Shown: positions 17,949-28,082, numbered from the stretch's first letter. The stretch is 64,000 nucleotides of DNA from Pseudomonadota bacterium (GCA_023423535.1 JAFAFL010000097.1:1-64000), one strand, 5' to 3'. Numbers and translations: made by a program. The notes: generated from the sequence alone by a model not told the origin.

Positions 17949-18620
17949 ATGTCGAAACGACGGCCGCTCACGCGGGAGCGGGTGCTGCAGACCGCAATGA
18001 AGATGGCGGACCGCAACGGGCTCGATGGGCTCAGCATGCGCGCGCTGGGGCAGGCGCTGGGCGTGGAGGCGATGAGCCTCTACAACCACGTCGCAAACAA
18101 GGACGACCTGCTCGACGGGCTGGTGGACCTGGTGTTCGCCGAGTTCGAGCTGCCGCTGGACGCGCCCCTCTGGCAGGAAGCGATGCTCGCGCGCGCCCGC
18201 TCCATCCGGGCGGTGCTGGCGAAGCACCCGTGGGCGCTCGGGCTGCTGGAGTCACGCGCGAACCCGGGGCCGGGAACGCTCACCCACCACGACGCGATGA
18301 TCGGCGTGCTCCGGCGCGCGGGCTTCACCGTGGCGGGGACCGCGCACGCGCTCGCCGCGCTCGACGCGTACATCTACGGCTTCGTCCTCACCGAGCAGCG
18401 GCTGCCCTTCGACACCGGCCCCGGCGCTGCGGAGATGGCCGAGCGCATGCTGCCGGCGCTGGCGGGGAGCCCGTACCCGCACTTCGTCGAGTTCGTCACC
18501 GAGCACGTGCTCCAGCCCGGCTACGACTACGGCGAGGAGTTCCTCTTCGGCCTGCAGCTATTGCTCGACGGGCTCGAGCGCCTGCGCCTGCGCGGGCTCG
18601 CGCCGGGGCGTACGGAATGA
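17949..18620 (+). CDS. TetR/AcrR family transcriptional regulator
   Basis: N-terminal HTH ([47 protein letters not shown]) with tetracycline-repressor-like C-domain. Confidence 0.85.
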   Translation: MSKRRPLTRERVLQTAMKMADRNGLDGLSMRALGQALGVEAMSLYNHVANKDDLLDGLVDLVFAEFELPLDAPLWQEAMLARARSIRAVLAKHPWALGLLESRANPGPGTLTHHDAMIGVLRRAGFTVAGTAHALAALDAYIYGFVLTEQRLPFDTGPGAAEMAERMLPALAGSPYPHFVEFVTEHVLQPGYDYGEEFLFGLQLLLDGLERLRLRGLAPGRTE

Positions 18621-18732
18621 GACTGCGCGCCCGCATTCGACATTGGTCCCCAAAGGGGCTACAGCCCCCCAAGCCTCAGTCTCGAGGCGCGCGAGCGGCA
18701 GCAAATGGCCGCAGCAACTGAAAGAAGCGAAC

Positions 18733-18936
18733 ATGGCAAGCGGTACCGTGAAGTGGTTCAACGACGCGAAGGGTTTCGGGTTCATCACGCAGGACAACGG
18801 CGGACCCGACGTCTTCTGCCACCACAGCGTGATCCAGGGTGACGGGTTCCGGACCCTCGCCGAGGGTCAGAAGGTGGAGTTCGATACCACGAAGGGCCCG
18901 AAGGGCCTGCAGGCGCAGAACGTTCGCGCGGTCTAG
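18733..18936 (+). CDS. cspA: Cold-shock protein (CspA family, 67 aa)
   Basis: RNP motifs KGFGFI and VFCHHS; roughly 110-nt 5' leader typical of csp genes. Confidence 0.9.
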   Translation: MASGTVKWFNDAKGFGFITQDNGGPDVFCHHSVIQGDGFRTLAEGQKVEFDTTKGPKGLQAQNVRAV

Positions 18937-18962
18937 GCGCAGCGCCAGCCCTTTCGAACACC

Positions 18963-19001
18963 GAGCCCGGCCTCGACGGAGGCCGGGCTCTTTTCGTTTC
19001 C
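18963..19001. terminator. Rho-independent terminator (bidirectional candidate) between convergent genes
   Basis: Hairpin GCCCGGCCTC-GACG-GAGGCCGGGC followed by TCTTTTCGTTT. Confidence 0.65.
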
Positions 19002-19017
19002 GCAGCTCGCGCGTCCG

Positions 19018-20337
19018 CTACACCGGCACCGCGGCCGGCAGCGGCGAGATGCCCGGCCTGCCGAAGCGCGTCCGCAGCACCGCGCCGAAGCCGCAGAAGG
19101 CGGAGGCGACGATCACCAGCGGCCCCAGCACCGGCACCTGCGCGACGACGAGGAGGATCACGAGCCCCAGCGCGAGCACCAGCGCCTGCGACTTCCGTCC
19201 GCGGAAGACCGGGATGCGCGCGCCGAGCTCCAGCGCCACCGCCGCGAAGCCCACGCCGACCGAGAGGAACGCGACCGGCCACAGCACCAGCAGCGCGATG
19301 GGGATGCCCACGATGGTGACGAGCAGCAGCACCGTCAGCGGCACCAGCGCCACCGTCGCCGCCAGCCCCACCGCAGCGGAGACTCCCGGCGCGCGGCGGA
19401 TCTGCTTCTGCACGACCTTCATCCGTTCCGGCGCCATCATGCTGGCCACGAAGCCGACGACGAAGAGCGTGGCGAACCAGGAGAGGAAGTTCGCGGCGCG
19501 GGTGCGGGTGTCCTCCACCTCCTCGCGCGCGTCCTCCCGACGATCGTCGCTGTCTTCACCGGCGTCCTCGGAGGACGGGGCGCTCGTCACGGCAGGCGGC
19601 GTGGGCGTGACCACCGAGGCCCCCGGCGCGGACTGCATGGCGGAGGGGGCAGGGGATTCGTCGGGCTCGACCATCCGCATGGAGCCGATGGTCCGCACCT
19701 GGCCGTCGATGCGCGCACCCCGATGCCGCAGCACCGAGCCGCCGAAGGTGTCCACGTTGCCTCCCACACGCGCGGTGGGCATGAGCTCGAGCTCGCCGCC
19801 GAAGACGGTGACGTTGCCGGTCACCCGCCCGTCGATCCGCGCCGAGCCGCCGTACACCACGACCTTCTCCACGCTCTCGTCCGCGGTCACGTGCAGCGAG
19901 CGCCCGAAGGTCACCCGCGCCGGTCCGGCCGTCCCATCCGCCGGCGCGGCCGCATCCGTCTGGTCCACCGCAGGGGCCGGAGTCGCAGCAGCAGCAGCGG
20001 CCTGCCCGCCACGCGCGCGCACCGTCCAGATCGAGCCCTGCTGGTCGAGCTCCAGGTCCCAGCCCTTCGCCAGCGTCCGCAGCGCCTCCTCCGCGGTCAC
20101 GTCCTTCAGGTGGAGCTCCGCCGGCGCATCGAGCGTTCCCTGCACCGCGAGGTTGAGACCGCCCTCGCGCGCGATGGCCCGAAGCAGCTCCGCCACCGTG
20201 CCGCGCTCGCTGAGGGAGATGCGCGCCTGACCCGACTGTTCCTGCACCGGCGGCGGCTCGTCTCCCTGAGCGCCCGCTGCGCCCGCCGCCGCGACGCTGA
20301 CGATCAGCGCGCCGGCCACCCACACTCCCGTCTTCAC
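19018..20337 (-). CDS. Membrane protein with periplasmic beta-solenoid (DUF4097/LiaG-like) domain, acidic linker and C-terminal multi-TM region; third gene of the ECF module
   Basis: GTG start overlapping the anti-sigma stop (GTGA); signal peptide; repeats VTGNVTVFGGELE / VGGNVDTFGGSVL; C-terminal hydrophobic helices. Confidence 0.55.
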   Translation of the reverse strand: MKTGVWVAGALIVSVAAAGAAGAQGDEPPPVQEQSGQARISLSERGTVAELLRAIAREGGLNLAVQGTLDAPAELHLKDVTAEEALRTLAKGWDLELDQQGSIWTVRARGGQAAAAAATPAPAVDQTDAAAPADGTAGPARVTFGRSLHVTADESVEKVVVYGGSARIDGRVTGNVTVFGGELELMPTARVGGNVDTFGGSVLRHRGARIDGQVRTIGSMRMVEPDESPAPSAMQSAPGASVVTPTPPAVTSAPSSEDAGEDSDDRREDAREEVEDTRTRAANFLSWFATLFVVGFVASMMAPERMKVVQKQIRRAPGVSAAVGLAATVALVPLTVLLLVTIVGIPIALLVLWPVAFLSVGVGFAAVALELGARIPVFRGRKSQALVLALGLVILLVVAQVPVLGPLVIVASAFCGFGAVLRTRFGRPGISPLPAAVPV

Positions 20338-20834
20338 GCGCGCACCCTCCGCGACACCGGCGTCCAGAACCTGCGCGCCGCCACCGCGAGCACCATCAGC
20401 GTCACCGCCGCCGCGACCGTCACCGGCAGCGCAGCGGTCTCCCACACCACGAGGGCGGCCTCACCCGCGGCCTCGAAGAGCTCCCGCGCGCCCACCGCCC
20501 ACTCGGCAACGCGCTGGCCCCACGCGCCCGCGGTGGCCGCGTCCGAACCGACGAGCACCACCACGCCCGCGAGCGCGGCGGCGACGATGCCGGCAAAGGA
20601 GAGCCACTCGCGTCCGGCGGGGACCGGCTGGGCCTCCACGCGCGCCATCACCTGGTGCACGAAGTCCGGCGGCGGCAGCGGGTCCGACAGGCGGAGGAGG
20701 TCCTTCTCCAGCTGCCGGTGCTCCTCCACCAGGGCCGCGCACGCGTCACACTCCGCGAGGTGCGCGCGGGCCTCCGGCGCTTCCTCCGCGAGCCCCACGA
20801 ACAGCGCCTCCGCATCCGGACAGGGGCGGTTCAC
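20334..20834 (-). CDS. Anti-sigma factor (zf-HC2 type) with TM segment
   Basis: HLAECDACAALVEEH motif (H-x3-C-x2-C); overlaps sigma gene stop by 4 bp. Confidence 0.7.
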   Translation of the reverse strand: MNRPCPDAEALFVGLAEEAPEARAHLAECDACAALVEEHRQLEKDLLRLSDPLPPPDFVHQVMARVEAQPVPAGREWLSFAGIVAAALAGVVVLVGSDAATAGAWGQRVAEWAVGARELFEAAGEAALVVWETAALPVTVAAAVTLMVLAVAARRFWTPVSRRVRA

Positions 20835-21493
20835 GCGGTCTTCTCCTCGCTCTGCTGCATGCGGTTGCGCAGCTTCTCACGCGCCCGGAACAGGCGCGCC
20901 ATGATGGTGCCGGGCGCCACGCCGAGCAGCCCGGCGATCTCCTTCGTGGTGCGCTTCTGCACGTAGTACAGCGCGAGCACCTCGCGGTCGTCCGCGGAGA
21001 GCGTGGCCATGGCCGTCTCCAGCGACAGGCGCTCCTGCCGCGCGATGGCGTCCTCCTCCTGGCTGCGCTCGCCGGAGGGGAGGACCTCGCGCAGGTCGTC
21101 CACGCTCTCCTGCGAGGTGCGGCCGCGGCGGCGCAGGATGTCCAGACAGAGGTTCCGCGCGATCGCCAGCACCCAGAGATCGAAGGGCCGGTTCTCGTCG
21201 TAGCGCGCGAGGTTCTGGTAGGCGCGCAGGAAGGTCTCCTGGGCCACCTCGGAGGCCTCGGCCTCGTTGGAGAGCAGGCGAAGGCAGAGTCCGTACACGG
21301 GCCGCTGCACGCTGCGCACGAGCGAGGCGAACGCGCGCCCGTCGCCCTTGCGCGCGGCGAGCACGTCCGCCTTCCACGGCGTCGAAGGGGCCTCGTCGGT
21401 CACGCCGAACGGCGACAGGGAGGAGAAGGGCAACAGCCTGGCGAGGAGCGCGGTCACTTCAGCCCATACGCACTGCCGCCCGCTCGATTGCAT
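20831..21493 (-). CDS. ECF-subfamily RNA polymerase sigma-70 factor
   Basis: Region 2 (FASLVRSVQRPVYGLCLRLL...AQETFLRAYQNL) and region 4 (TTKEIAGLLGVAPGTIMARLFRAREKLR); true start probably internal. Confidence 0.8.
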   Translation of the reverse strand: MQSSGRQCVWAEVTALLARLLPFSSLSPFGVTDEAPSTPWKADVLAARKGDGRAFASLVRSVQRPVYGLCLRLLSNEAEASEVAQETFLRAYQNLARYDENRPFDLWVLAIARNLCLDILRRRGRTSQESVDDLREVLPSGERSQEEDAIARQERLSLETAMATLSADDREVLALYYVQKRTTKEIAGLLGVAPGTIMARLFRAREKLRNRMQQSEEKTA

Positions 21494-21529
21494 CGCCCCC
21501 CGCGGTCGCCCCTCCTTTCCAGCCGGACG

Positions 21530-23197
21530 CTACCGGCCGCGCTTGCCCGGACGCTTCGCTGCCGATTTCTTCTTTGAATTCGCACCCTTGCGGGCCGGCG
21601 CCTTCGCAGCCTGCTCGGTGCGCGCCTGGACGCGGTGCGCCTTCTTCCGCTTCTGCATCGCGCGGAAACCCTCGGCGGGGCCGACCTTCGGCTCGGGAGC
21701 GGCGGCGGGTGCGGGGCTCGCCTTCGGGGCCTTCGTCGGCGTTCTCGATGAGGCCTCGCGCGGCGGCGGACGGCGGCCGGGCCGCTCGACCTCGATGGTC
21801 ATCTCCGGCAGGTCGTCGCCCTCGTCGCGCGCACGGCCGCGGCCGCGATCACGAACGTCACGGGACGCCTCACGCGGTGCGCGCTCACGCTGCGGGGCCT
21901 GCACCTTCAACTCCGCCTCGGGCTTCGCGGGACGGCTCGGGCGCGACGGGCGGTCGTCCTCGTCACCCCACGGCTTGCTGTAGGGCTCGGTGCGGCCGGT
22001 GGGCTCCTCGTGCGTGTCGCCGAGCCAGGCGAAGTGGAAGAGCCGCTTCACCACCAGCGTGGCGTAGGAGCCGGGCGGCAGGGTGAAGGCGACGTTGAGC
22101 TTGTTGAAGCCGGCGTTGAGCTCGTCGCGCAGGGGCCGCCCGAGCACGAGCTTGTCCGGCCACACCAGCACCGGCCGCTCCTCGTGCTTGAAGAAGAGCA
22201 TCCGCGCCGCCTCTTCGATGCGCAGGTCCTCGAGCTTCAGCTTCTCCTTCCCGAGCACCCACTCCGCCGCCTCCTTCACCTTCGGATGCGTGAACTCGCT
22301 GTTCGCCGCGAGCAGCGGGAAGGTGAGGTGGCGCAGCTCCTTCAGCACGTCCGGAGACGCGTCGCGGTGGAAGAGCAGCGTCCCCGCCTGGTACGGCATG
22401 GGGAAGAGCTGCTCGCGCGGGAGCATGAGCTGAAGCAGGCGCCGCACGCCCTCGTTCCAGAGGTAGCTCTGGTAGGTGAAGAGCAGGAGCGCGCGGTAGT
22501 TCTTGTCGATCTGCAGGAACGCGTCGACGAAGTCCTTCGGCCGGTCCCGGAGCACCTTGAGGATCCGGTAGTACTTGTTGTTGCCGGGGAGGTAGGGGTT
22601 CTTGTCCCACTGCCCCCAGTTCTCCTTCCAGAAGCGCTTGATCTTGACGTCGTCGCTCCGGTCGAGCGGTGACGGCTGCGCCATGTAGTTGCGCAGCGCG
22701 GCCTCGAAGTCGCCCCGGATGAGGTCCTTGGCGATGAAGCCCTGGCCGTGCTTCAGCGAGCCGAAGCGCTGGCTGTCGAAGTAGTTCACCACGCCCAGCC
22801 GGCCCACCTCGGCGGTGGAGACGGTGAGCTGCCGCAGGTCGTCCGGCTGCAGCGCGCGCACGGTGACGCTGAAGCGGTTGGAGGTGGTGTTCGCCGCGCT
22901 GAGCGGCTTGTCCGTCCGCCCGAGGAGCCGAAGCCGCAGATCCGGCTCCTGCAATTCGATCACGCGGTCCGAATCCACCGCGATGATCTGCTCGGTGCGC
23001 CCCTGCTTGTCCTTGAGGCCGCAATACGAAATGGCGCCCGGCTTGAGGCCGAAGCGCTCGCGCACGCGCTCCACCGCGTCGAACGTCGAGAGCTTGCGCT
23101 TGTCCATGAGGTAGACGCGGTAGCGCCCGCTGTCCACACCGTCGAACCGCCAGGATTCGGTGACCCGGAAGTCGTCCGGCCGCTGCTTGATCTTCAC
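21530..23197 (-). CDS. truD: tRNA pseudouridine(13) synthase TruD-like protein with a ~200-aa basic Lys/Arg/Pro-rich C-terminal extension
   Basis: N-terminal RPDDFRVTE, QRFGSLKHGQ motif, C-terminal VAFTLPPGSYATLVVKRL resembling the TruD family. Confidence 0.55.
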   Translation of the reverse strand: MKIKQRPDDFRVTESWRFDGVDSGRYRVYLMDKRKLSTFDAVERVRERFGLKPGAISYCGLKDKQGRTEQIIAVDSDRVIELQEPDLRLRLLGRTDKPLSAANTTSNRFSVTVRALQPDDLRQLTVSTAEVGRLGVVNYFDSQRFGSLKHGQGFIAKDLIRGDFEAALRNYMAQPSPLDRSDDVKIKRFWKENWGQWDKNPYLPGNNKYYRILKVLRDRPKDFVDAFLQIDKNYRALLLFTYQSYLWNEGVRRLLQLMLPREQLFPMPYQAGTLLFHRDASPDVLKELRHLTFPLLAANSEFTHPKVKEAAEWVLGKEKLKLEDLRIEEAARMLFFKHEERPVLVWPDKLVLGRPLRDELNAGFNKLNVAFTLPPGSYATLVVKRLFHFAWLGDTHEEPTGRTEPYSKPWGDEDDRPSRPSRPAKPEAELKVQAPQRERAPREASRDVRDRGRGRARDEGDDLPEMTIEVERPGRRPPPREASSRTPTKAPKASPAPAAAPEPKVGPAEGFRAMQKRKKAHRVQARTEQAAKAPARKGANSKKKSAAKRPGKRGR

Positions 23198-23281
23198 GCC
23201 GCCCCTCTAGCAGGTCTTTTGATCGTCCGCGCCGCCAAAGGCGACGGAGGGAGGGGCCCCTTTTTCGGATACCGTCAGCGC

Positions 23282-24196
23282 ATGAGCCTCAGAGTCTCCT
23301 CCGCGGTCCTCCTGTGCGGCGCGCTGCTCGCCCTGCACACGGGCTGCGCCTCCACGCTGTCCACCTTCCAGACCGCGAAGCCGGCGAAGCGCGGACAGGT
23401 CCAGGTGACCGGCGGCGCGGGCATCTACCTGCCGCTCGGGCCGGTGGTGAAGGTCGTCGAGCAGGGGATCGAGCAGGGCCGCGCGCTCAACGAGTCGCGC
23501 AAGACCGGCGAGCCCTATGAGCTGAGCGAAGAGGACCAGCAGGAGCTGCTCACCGCCGGCATCGCGCTGGCGATCATGGCGCCCTGGCCCAACGGCATCA
23601 ACTACGAGCTCGGCGTGCGCACCGGCGTGCTGCAGGAGGACATGGATGTGGGCTTCCGCTACAGCATGAACGCGCTGCGGCTGGACACGAAGTACCGGTA
23701 CTTCAGCTACTCGCACAACGAGCACCTGCCCGAGCACAAGCGGATGAACGTGGACCTCGCCGCCAACGTGGGCGTGTCGAAGTACCTCTTCGCCAACCCC
23801 GCCTTCGAGGTGCTCGAGTACATCAAGCTCGACGACTTCTCGCGCTGGGACGTGGAGGCGGTGCCGCTCATCTACACCGTGGACTTCGGAGACATCTTCA
23901 AGCTCTACGGCGGCGCGAAGTACGTCTATTCGCGCACCTCCATGGACACCCGGCTGGTGAACTACTCGCAGCACGCGGCGAACATCATCGGGACCGACGT
24001 GGGGCTGCCGAGGGTGGTGCACGCGCACTTCTTCGGCGGCACCGCGGGCGTGAGCGCCGGCTACAAGTACGCGCACCTCATGCTGGAGGTGACCGGCGGC
24101 TACACCCACTGCAAGCCGTTCCTCTTCGGCCAGTACCGGCAGCTCGGCGGGGCCACGTTCTACCCGGCGCTCGGGCTGCGGCTGCAGTTCCCGTGA
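23282..24196 (+). CDS. Lipoprotein, probably outer-membrane beta-barrel
   Basis: Signal peptide with lipobox LHTGC; alternating amphipathic beta-strand pattern; C-terminal aromatic. Confidence 0.55.
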   Translation: MSLRVSSAVLLCGALLALHTGCASTLSTFQTAKPAKRGQVQVTGGAGIYLPLGPVVKVVEQGIEQGRALNESRKTGEPYELSEEDQQELLTAGIALAIMAPWPNGINYELGVRTGVLQEDMDVGFRYSMNALRLDTKYRYFSYSHNEHLPEHKRMNVDLAANVGVSKYLFANPAFEVLEYIKLDDFSRWDVEAVPLIYTVDFGDIFKLYGGAKYVYSRTSMDTRLVNYSQHAANIIGTDVGLPRVVHAHFFGGTAGVSAGYKYAHLMLEVTGGYTHCKPFLFGQYRQLGGATFYPALGLRLQFP

Positions 24197-24272
24197 GAGG
24201 AGGGCAGGCGGCCATTCAGCTTCTAGGTTCGACAAGGGGTGCGTGCTAGGTTTCCGCGCAGAAGACACCCGC

Positions 24273-25916
24273 ATGAATGCGCCCGCGCTCGCCGCCCCCA
24301 AAGGTGCCCGGCTCAGCATCAAGCTGCCGGACGGTACCCTCACCGAGTACCCGCTCGCGCCGGTGAAGACGACGCTGGGACGGCATCCGGAGAACAGCAT
24401 CCAGCTCACCGACCGCGAGGTCTCCAAGGAGCACGCGGTCATCGAGCGGATGGGCGCGGCCTGGGTGCTGCGCGATCTGGGCTCGTCCAACGGCACCTTC
24501 GTCAACGGCCGGCGCGTCCGCGAGCTGCGCCTGCAGGACGGCGACCTCATCGCGCTGGGGAACAACTGCAAGCTGTCGTTCTTCGGCGGCGAGGGCGCTC
24601 CGACCCAGCCGGCGCCGGGGCCTTCGGTCACCGTCGTGGCCTCCGCGCACAGCATCCCCGCGTTCGTCGCGCAGCTCGAGCAGCGCGAGCAGACGGAGTT
24701 CCTCCCGGCCGATCAGCTCCGCGACGTGGAGGCGATCCGGCAGGACTACGAGAAGCTGCGGATCGCGCACAAGTTCCACCAGCAGGTCGGCCTCGAGCGC
24801 GACGCGAAGAGCCTCGCGGAGAAGATCCTGCGGGTGGCCTTCGAGCTGCTGGCCGCCGAACACGGCGTGCTCTTCTTCACCGACGAGAAGACGGGCGCGC
24901 TGGAGCCGGTGGCGGTGCACCACCGCAAAGGGGCTGCCGAGGTCTCGGTCTCGGAGACGGTGCTAAAGCGCGTGTCGGAGACGCACCAGGCGGTGCTGAC
25001 GAAGGACGCGATCCTCGATGCGCGGTTCTCCTCGTCGGAGAGCATCGTGGCGCAGGGCATCCGCAGCGCCATGGCGGTGCCGCTGGTGGCAAAGGGGCAG
25101 CTGAAGGGCGTGCTCTTCCTCGACAGCCGCGAGCGAAGCAACGCGTTCAGCGAGAAGGATCTGAAGATCCTCTCCGGCATCGCCTCGCAGGCGGCGATCG
25201 CGCTGGAGAACGCGGAGCTGGCGCGGAAGATCGAGGATGAGGCCATCACCCGCGCCGAGCTGTCGCGCTTCCTCTCCAAGGCCGTGGCGGAGGCGGTGAT
25301 CAAAGGGGACGTGGAGCTGCTCCGGTCGGGACAGCAGGCGGAGGTGAGCGTCCTCTTCGCCGACATCCGCGGCTTCACCTCCATGGCCGAGACCGAGGAT
25401 CCGACCGAGACGGTCGCAATGCTCAACCGCTTCTTCACCGCGATGGCCGACGTGGTGTTCCGGCACGACGGGAACCTCGACAAGTTCATCGGCGACTGCG
25501 TGATGGCGGTGTGGGGTCCTCCGAGGCCGAACGCAGACGACTCGGCGCGCGCGGTGAGGGCGGCGCTGGAGATGCAGGGCGAGGTCCGGCGCATCAACGA
25601 GGCGCGGCTCGCGGAGGGCCTCAAGCCGATCGAGGTGGGCATCGGCGTGAACACCGGCACCGCGATCGTCGGGTTCATGGGCTCGGCCGAGCGCCACGAG
25701 TTCACCGCCATCGGCGACACGGTGAACGTCGCCGCCCGCCTGTGCGACATGGCCCGCGGAGGTCAGGTCGTCGTCACCGAGAACACCGTGCGACGCGCCG
25801 CCGCCGGCTTCCGGGTCCAGCCGCTTCCCACCTCCCAGGTGAAGGGGAAGGAGAAGGGCGTCAACGCGTTCCTCGTGCTCGGGTTCGAGGAGACGGCGAG
25901 CACCCGGAGCCGCTGA
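24273..25916 (+). CDS. FHA domain - GAF domain - class III adenylate/guanylate cyclase
   Basis: FHA (TLGRHPENSIQLTDREVSKEHAVI...SSNGTFVNG), GAF, cyclase motifs (VSVLFADIRGFT...FIGDCVMAVWG...GVNTGTAIVG). Confidence 0.8.
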   Translation: MNAPALAAPKGARLSIKLPDGTLTEYPLAPVKTTLGRHPENSIQLTDREVSKEHAVIERMGAAWVLRDLGSSNGTFVNGRRVRELRLQDGDLIALGNNCKLSFFGGEGAPTQPAPGPSVTVVASAHSIPAFVAQLEQREQTEFLPADQLRDVEAIRQDYEKLRIAHKFHQQVGLERDAKSLAEKILRVAFELLAAEHGVLFFTDEKTGALEPVAVHHRKGAAEVSVSETVLKRVSETHQAVLTKDAILDARFSSSESIVAQGIRSAMAVPLVAKGQLKGVLFLDSRERSNAFSEKDLKILSGIASQAAIALENAELARKIEDEAITRAELSRFLSKAVAEAVIKGDVELLRSGQQAEVSVLFADIRGFTSMAETEDPTETVAMLNRFFTAMADVVFRHDGNLDKFIGDCVMAVWGPPRPNADDSARAVRAALEMQGEVRRINEARLAEGLKPIEVGIGVNTGTAIVGFMGSAERHEFTAIGDTVNVAARLCDMARGGQVVVTENTVRRAAAGFRVQPLPTSQVKGKEKGVNAFLVLGFEETASTRSR

Positions 25917-25919
25917 GGG

Positions 25920-28040
25920 ATGCCCAGCCAGGCCTGCCCCAACTGCCAGCGCGCCCACGACGTGAAGGTCTACGTCACCGGGCAGCGCGTGCTGTGCGGG
26001 TGTGGCATCCGCTTCGAGGTCCGGCGCACGGACGTGTCCGCGCCGAGCGGGCAGAGCATGATCGGGCCCGCTCTCAGCACCACCTCGGCGCCCACCTCGC
26101 CGGAGCGGCCGTCGGTGCGCGGGATGACCGAGGCGCACGTGCCCGGCTCGTCGGTCGTCTCGGTCGTCTCGTCGGATGCGACGTTCATTCCGCCCTCACA
26201 GGCGGGCAACGAGGTCGCGGTCGCAGTGCCGGTGGACGCCACCGCGATGAGCCGGCCGGGCATCGAGATCCCCGGCTACACGCTGGAGCGGTTGCTCGGG
26301 CGCGGTGGGATGGGCGAGGTCTGGCGCGCGGTGCAGCAGTCGCTGGGCCGCACGGTGGCGGTGAAGATCCTCCCGCCGCAGAGCGCGAAGGATCCGGAGT
26401 TCGTCGCGCGGTTCGAGAAGGAGAGCGCGGCGCTGGCGGCGCTGAGCCACCCGCACATCATCCAGATCATCGACCGCGGCAGTGCGGACGGGAACTACTA
26501 CTTCGTCATGGAGTACGTGGAGGGTCAGACCCTCCGCGAGGCGATGGGTTCGGGGCGGGTGAGCATCTCCGAGGCCCCGCGGATCGTGCTGCAGATCCTC
26601 CGCGCCATGGAGGCGGCGCACCACAAGAGCATCATCCACCGCGACCTCAAGCCGGAGAACATCCTCCTCGACGGGCGCGGGCACGCGAAGGTGGCGGACT
26701 TCGGGCTGGCGGGCATCCGAGGCGGCGAGGAGCGACACCAGCTCACCGCCACCAGCGTGGCGATGGGCACCATCAACTACATGGCCCCCGAGCAGCGTCG
26801 GGATGCGCGCAGCGTGGATCAGCGCGCGGACCTCTACGCGGTGGGCGTCATCCTCTACGAGCTGCTCACCGGTGAGCTGCCCATTGGCCGCTTCCGGCTG
26901 CCGTCGGAGCGCATCAGCGGGATCGATCCTCGCTACGACCCGATCGTCGAACGGCTGCTTCAGCCGGATCCTTCTCAGCGTCACGCGAGCGCGGGTGAGG
27001 TCATCGCGGAGCTCGAGCCGCTGGTGTCGTCGATCTCTCCGCGCGCGGCGAGCGGTGCCCTGGCGGGTGCCGGTGCGATGCCCGCGGGCGCGGCGACGAA
27101 CGGAGGGACTTCGCCTCGCGCGGTGTCCGTGGTGCAGCGGGGCTTCCGCGGCGTGCGCACAGGGCTGATGGTCATCGGTGCGCTGGCGACGATCGCGTTC
27201 GCGTCCCGCTTCTTCTTCGGCGCGGATCCGTCGGTGACGATCAGCGGCGGGGGCAAGGAGTTCGTGCTCTCCGCGAACGGGAAGGGCGCGCAGTCGAAGC
27301 TGCCGCTGTCCTCGGGCAGCACCTACGGCGAGGTCTTCAGCGAGGTCGTGGAGGAAGAGCTCGCCGGCGGTCGCACGTCGATGAGGATGACGTTCGGGCC
27401 AGGACCGGAAGAGCTCAACGTCCACACCGGCGAGTGGAAGATGGGCGAGGGCCGGCTCACCGTCGTGCAGGTGGGCAACACCGTCCCGGACGGCAAGCGC
27501 CTCATCCCGCGCGCGTTCGTGGCGCACCGCTACTTCACCGCCGACGACTTCGAAGCCGAGACCGAGCTCGTGCTGCGCGACACGGCGGACCGCTACCAGC
27601 TCGATGCGGAGGCGCAGCGCTTCGCGGAGATCGCATTTCGCATCCGCGATCTCCAGGTGTCGGCGTTCGCCATCCCGGGCGTGGGGATGCGGCTCGGCTG
27701 GCGCTACTACACGGAGGACGGCAGCGAGATCGTCGGCAACAGCGCGCGCGATCTGGAGCTGATGGTGGAGGACGAGACGCCCACGCCGCCGGACGGCAAG
27801 CCGTTCAAGCTCAAGCTCGTGCTGCGCAGACAGCCGGGCAAGGACGCGGTGGAGGCGATCGGGTACCTCGATGGCCGCCGCTTCGCGCGCAAGGTGCTGC
27901 CCGGGCTGCAGGGCCAGGTGGGCAAGATCGCGCTCGGGTGCCGCAACTACGAGTGCTCCTTCGACAACGTGTCGGTGAAGGGCACCGAAGAGGACGGCCC
28001 GCGGCGGCGTCGCAGCGTGGCGGACGCGCAGACGGAGTAA
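25920..28040 (+). CDS. Ser/Thr protein kinase with N-terminal zinc ribbon, TM segment and C-terminal extracytoplasmic domain
   Basis: CPNCQ...CGCG ribbon; kinase subdomains GRGGMGEVWRA, VAVK, HRDLKPENILL, DFGLA, APE; 4 bp downstream of the cyclase gene. Confidence 0.85.
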   Translation: MPSQACPNCQRAHDVKVYVTGQRVLCGCGIRFEVRRTDVSAPSGQSMIGPALSTTSAPTSPERPSVRGMTEAHVPGSSVVSVVSSDATFIPPSQAGNEVAVAVPVDATAMSRPGIEIPGYTLERLLGRGGMGEVWRAVQQSLGRTVAVKILPPQSAKDPEFVARFEKESAALAALSHPHIIQIIDRGSADGNYYFVMEYVEGQTLREAMGSGRVSISEAPRIVLQILRAMEAAHHKSIIHRDLKPENILLDGRGHAKVADFGLAGIRGGEERHQLTATSVAMGTINYMAPEQRRDARSVDQRADLYAVGVILYELLTGELPIGRFRLPSERISGIDPRYDPIVERLLQPDPSQRHASAGEVIAELEPLVSSISPRAASGALAGAGAMPAGAATNGGTSPRAVSVVQRGFRGVRTGLMVIGALATIAFASRFFFGADPSVTISGGGKEFVLSANGKGAQSKLPLSSGSTYGEVFSEVVEEELAGGRTSMRMTFGPGPEELNVHTGEWKMGEGRLTVVQVGNTVPDGKRLIPRAFVAHRYFTADDFEAETELVLRDTADRYQLDAEAQRFAEIAFRIRDLQVSAFAIPGVGMRLGWRYYTEDGSEIVGNSARDLELMVEDETPTPPDGKPFKLKLVLRRQPGKDAVEAIGYLDGRRFARKVLPGLQGQVGKIALGCRNYECSFDNVSVKGTEEDGPRRRRSVADAQTE

Positions 28041-28082
28041 CTTCGAACACAACTGGATTTTTCAGCAAAGGTAAGCTGTCCT

